NCBI GenBank assembly: GCA_934631005.1
Contig: CAKTXA010000005.1
Span: forward strand, 27,463 to 59,462
Length of the DNA stretch: 32,000 nucleotides
Direction of reading: 5' to 3'
From: an uncultured Oscillospiraceae bacterium
GTDB taxonomy: Bacteria > Bacillota > Clostridia > Oscillospirales > Oscillospiraceae
Under the pieces are notes generated by a model. The model worked only from the letters and a program-made list of their open reading frames with translations, searched no databases and was not told where the DNA came from. Each line of letters opens with the position of its first letter. Positions within the stretch are counted from its first letter, which is position 1. Positions 26,828 through 32,000 of this stretch are shown piece by piece. The position numbers were made by a program, and so were the translations under genes.

Positions 26828-26959
26828 GATCTCTCCTCCAGTTCTTAAAAAATCGCACTGATACAGCTTCAGTTTAAGGCATATCCGCAGCGGGGTACAG
26901 GCAATATTCCCCGCAGTTTTTCTGAAAATTTTTTTGCCTCACAGTCTACCCCCCCCCGC

Positions 26960-26978
26960 TTTGTGCACATTGCACAAA
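26960..26978. promoter_or_regulatory. Perfect palindrome TTTGTGCA-cat-TGCACAAA upstream of the GH95 gene (candidate operator)
   Basis: 8-bp arms with a 3-nt spacer, 133 nt upstream of the GH95 ATG. A C9 run (26949-26957) lies immediately next to it. Confidence 0.4.
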
Positions 26979-27044
26979 ATCACGTGCCCCTTTGGTGTGT
27001 GCGCCCCGGGCGGGGGCGCTTTTTGCGCCCGCCACGCAAAAAAA

Positions 27045-32000
<4,956 letters not shown>

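Noticed and set aside
26960-26978. Palindrome as a CcpA cre site or CRP/FNR site
   Set aside because: It does not fit cre (TGWAANCGNTNWCA), CRP (TGTGA-N6-TCACA) or FNR (TTGAT-N4-ATCAA) spacing. It is kept only as an unassigned candidate operator.

Overview
High-GC (hand-counted 60-nt samples ~70% G+C) Clostridia-like chromosomal window, probably Oscillospiraceae-type; the taxon is inference only. Most of it is ordinary sugar-catabolism and housekeeping DNA. In order: a 5'-truncated GH13 glycosidase; a Leloir galK-galT operon (minus strand); a small SLH protein; a tightly coupled operon of an ASKHA/ROK-like sugar kinase, nagA and two ABC exporter half-transporters; an AbrB-type regulator / ABC ATPase / ABC-2 permease operon; a secreted NodB-like protein; dCMP deaminase; a small membrane protein; dusB; a zinc-ribbon hypothetical; and a DUF2500-like protein. 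An initiator tRNA-fMet gene (17830-17905) follows. Directly after it lies a ~3.2 kb low-GC (~43% in a sampled line) remnant of an integrative element at 17906-21132, carrying a tyrosine integrase, an excisionase-type HTH, a sigma/ArpU-like regulator and a truncated gene fragment. The rest of the window holds two giant SLH-anchored glycosidases on the minus strand: a 1877-aa GH95 alpha-L-fucosidase and a GH2 beta-galactosidase of more than 1630 aa that runs off the window. I see no CRISPR array and no recognisable defence, toxin-antitoxin or secretion system, so I cannot claim a clearly novel system. The most unusual points are four. (1) A ~715-bp, ~95%-identical SLH-anchor plus terminator module is shared by the two glycosidases, with a sharp identity boundary. 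(2) A ~265-aa LamG-like domain sits inside the GH2 catalytic barrel. (3) The integrative-element remnant at the initiator tRNA has no detectable attR and is cut off at the GH95 terminator. (4) Dense arrays of short GC hairpins fill two intergenic regions, and a C9 homopolymer plus a perfect palindrome lie upstream of the GH95 gene.
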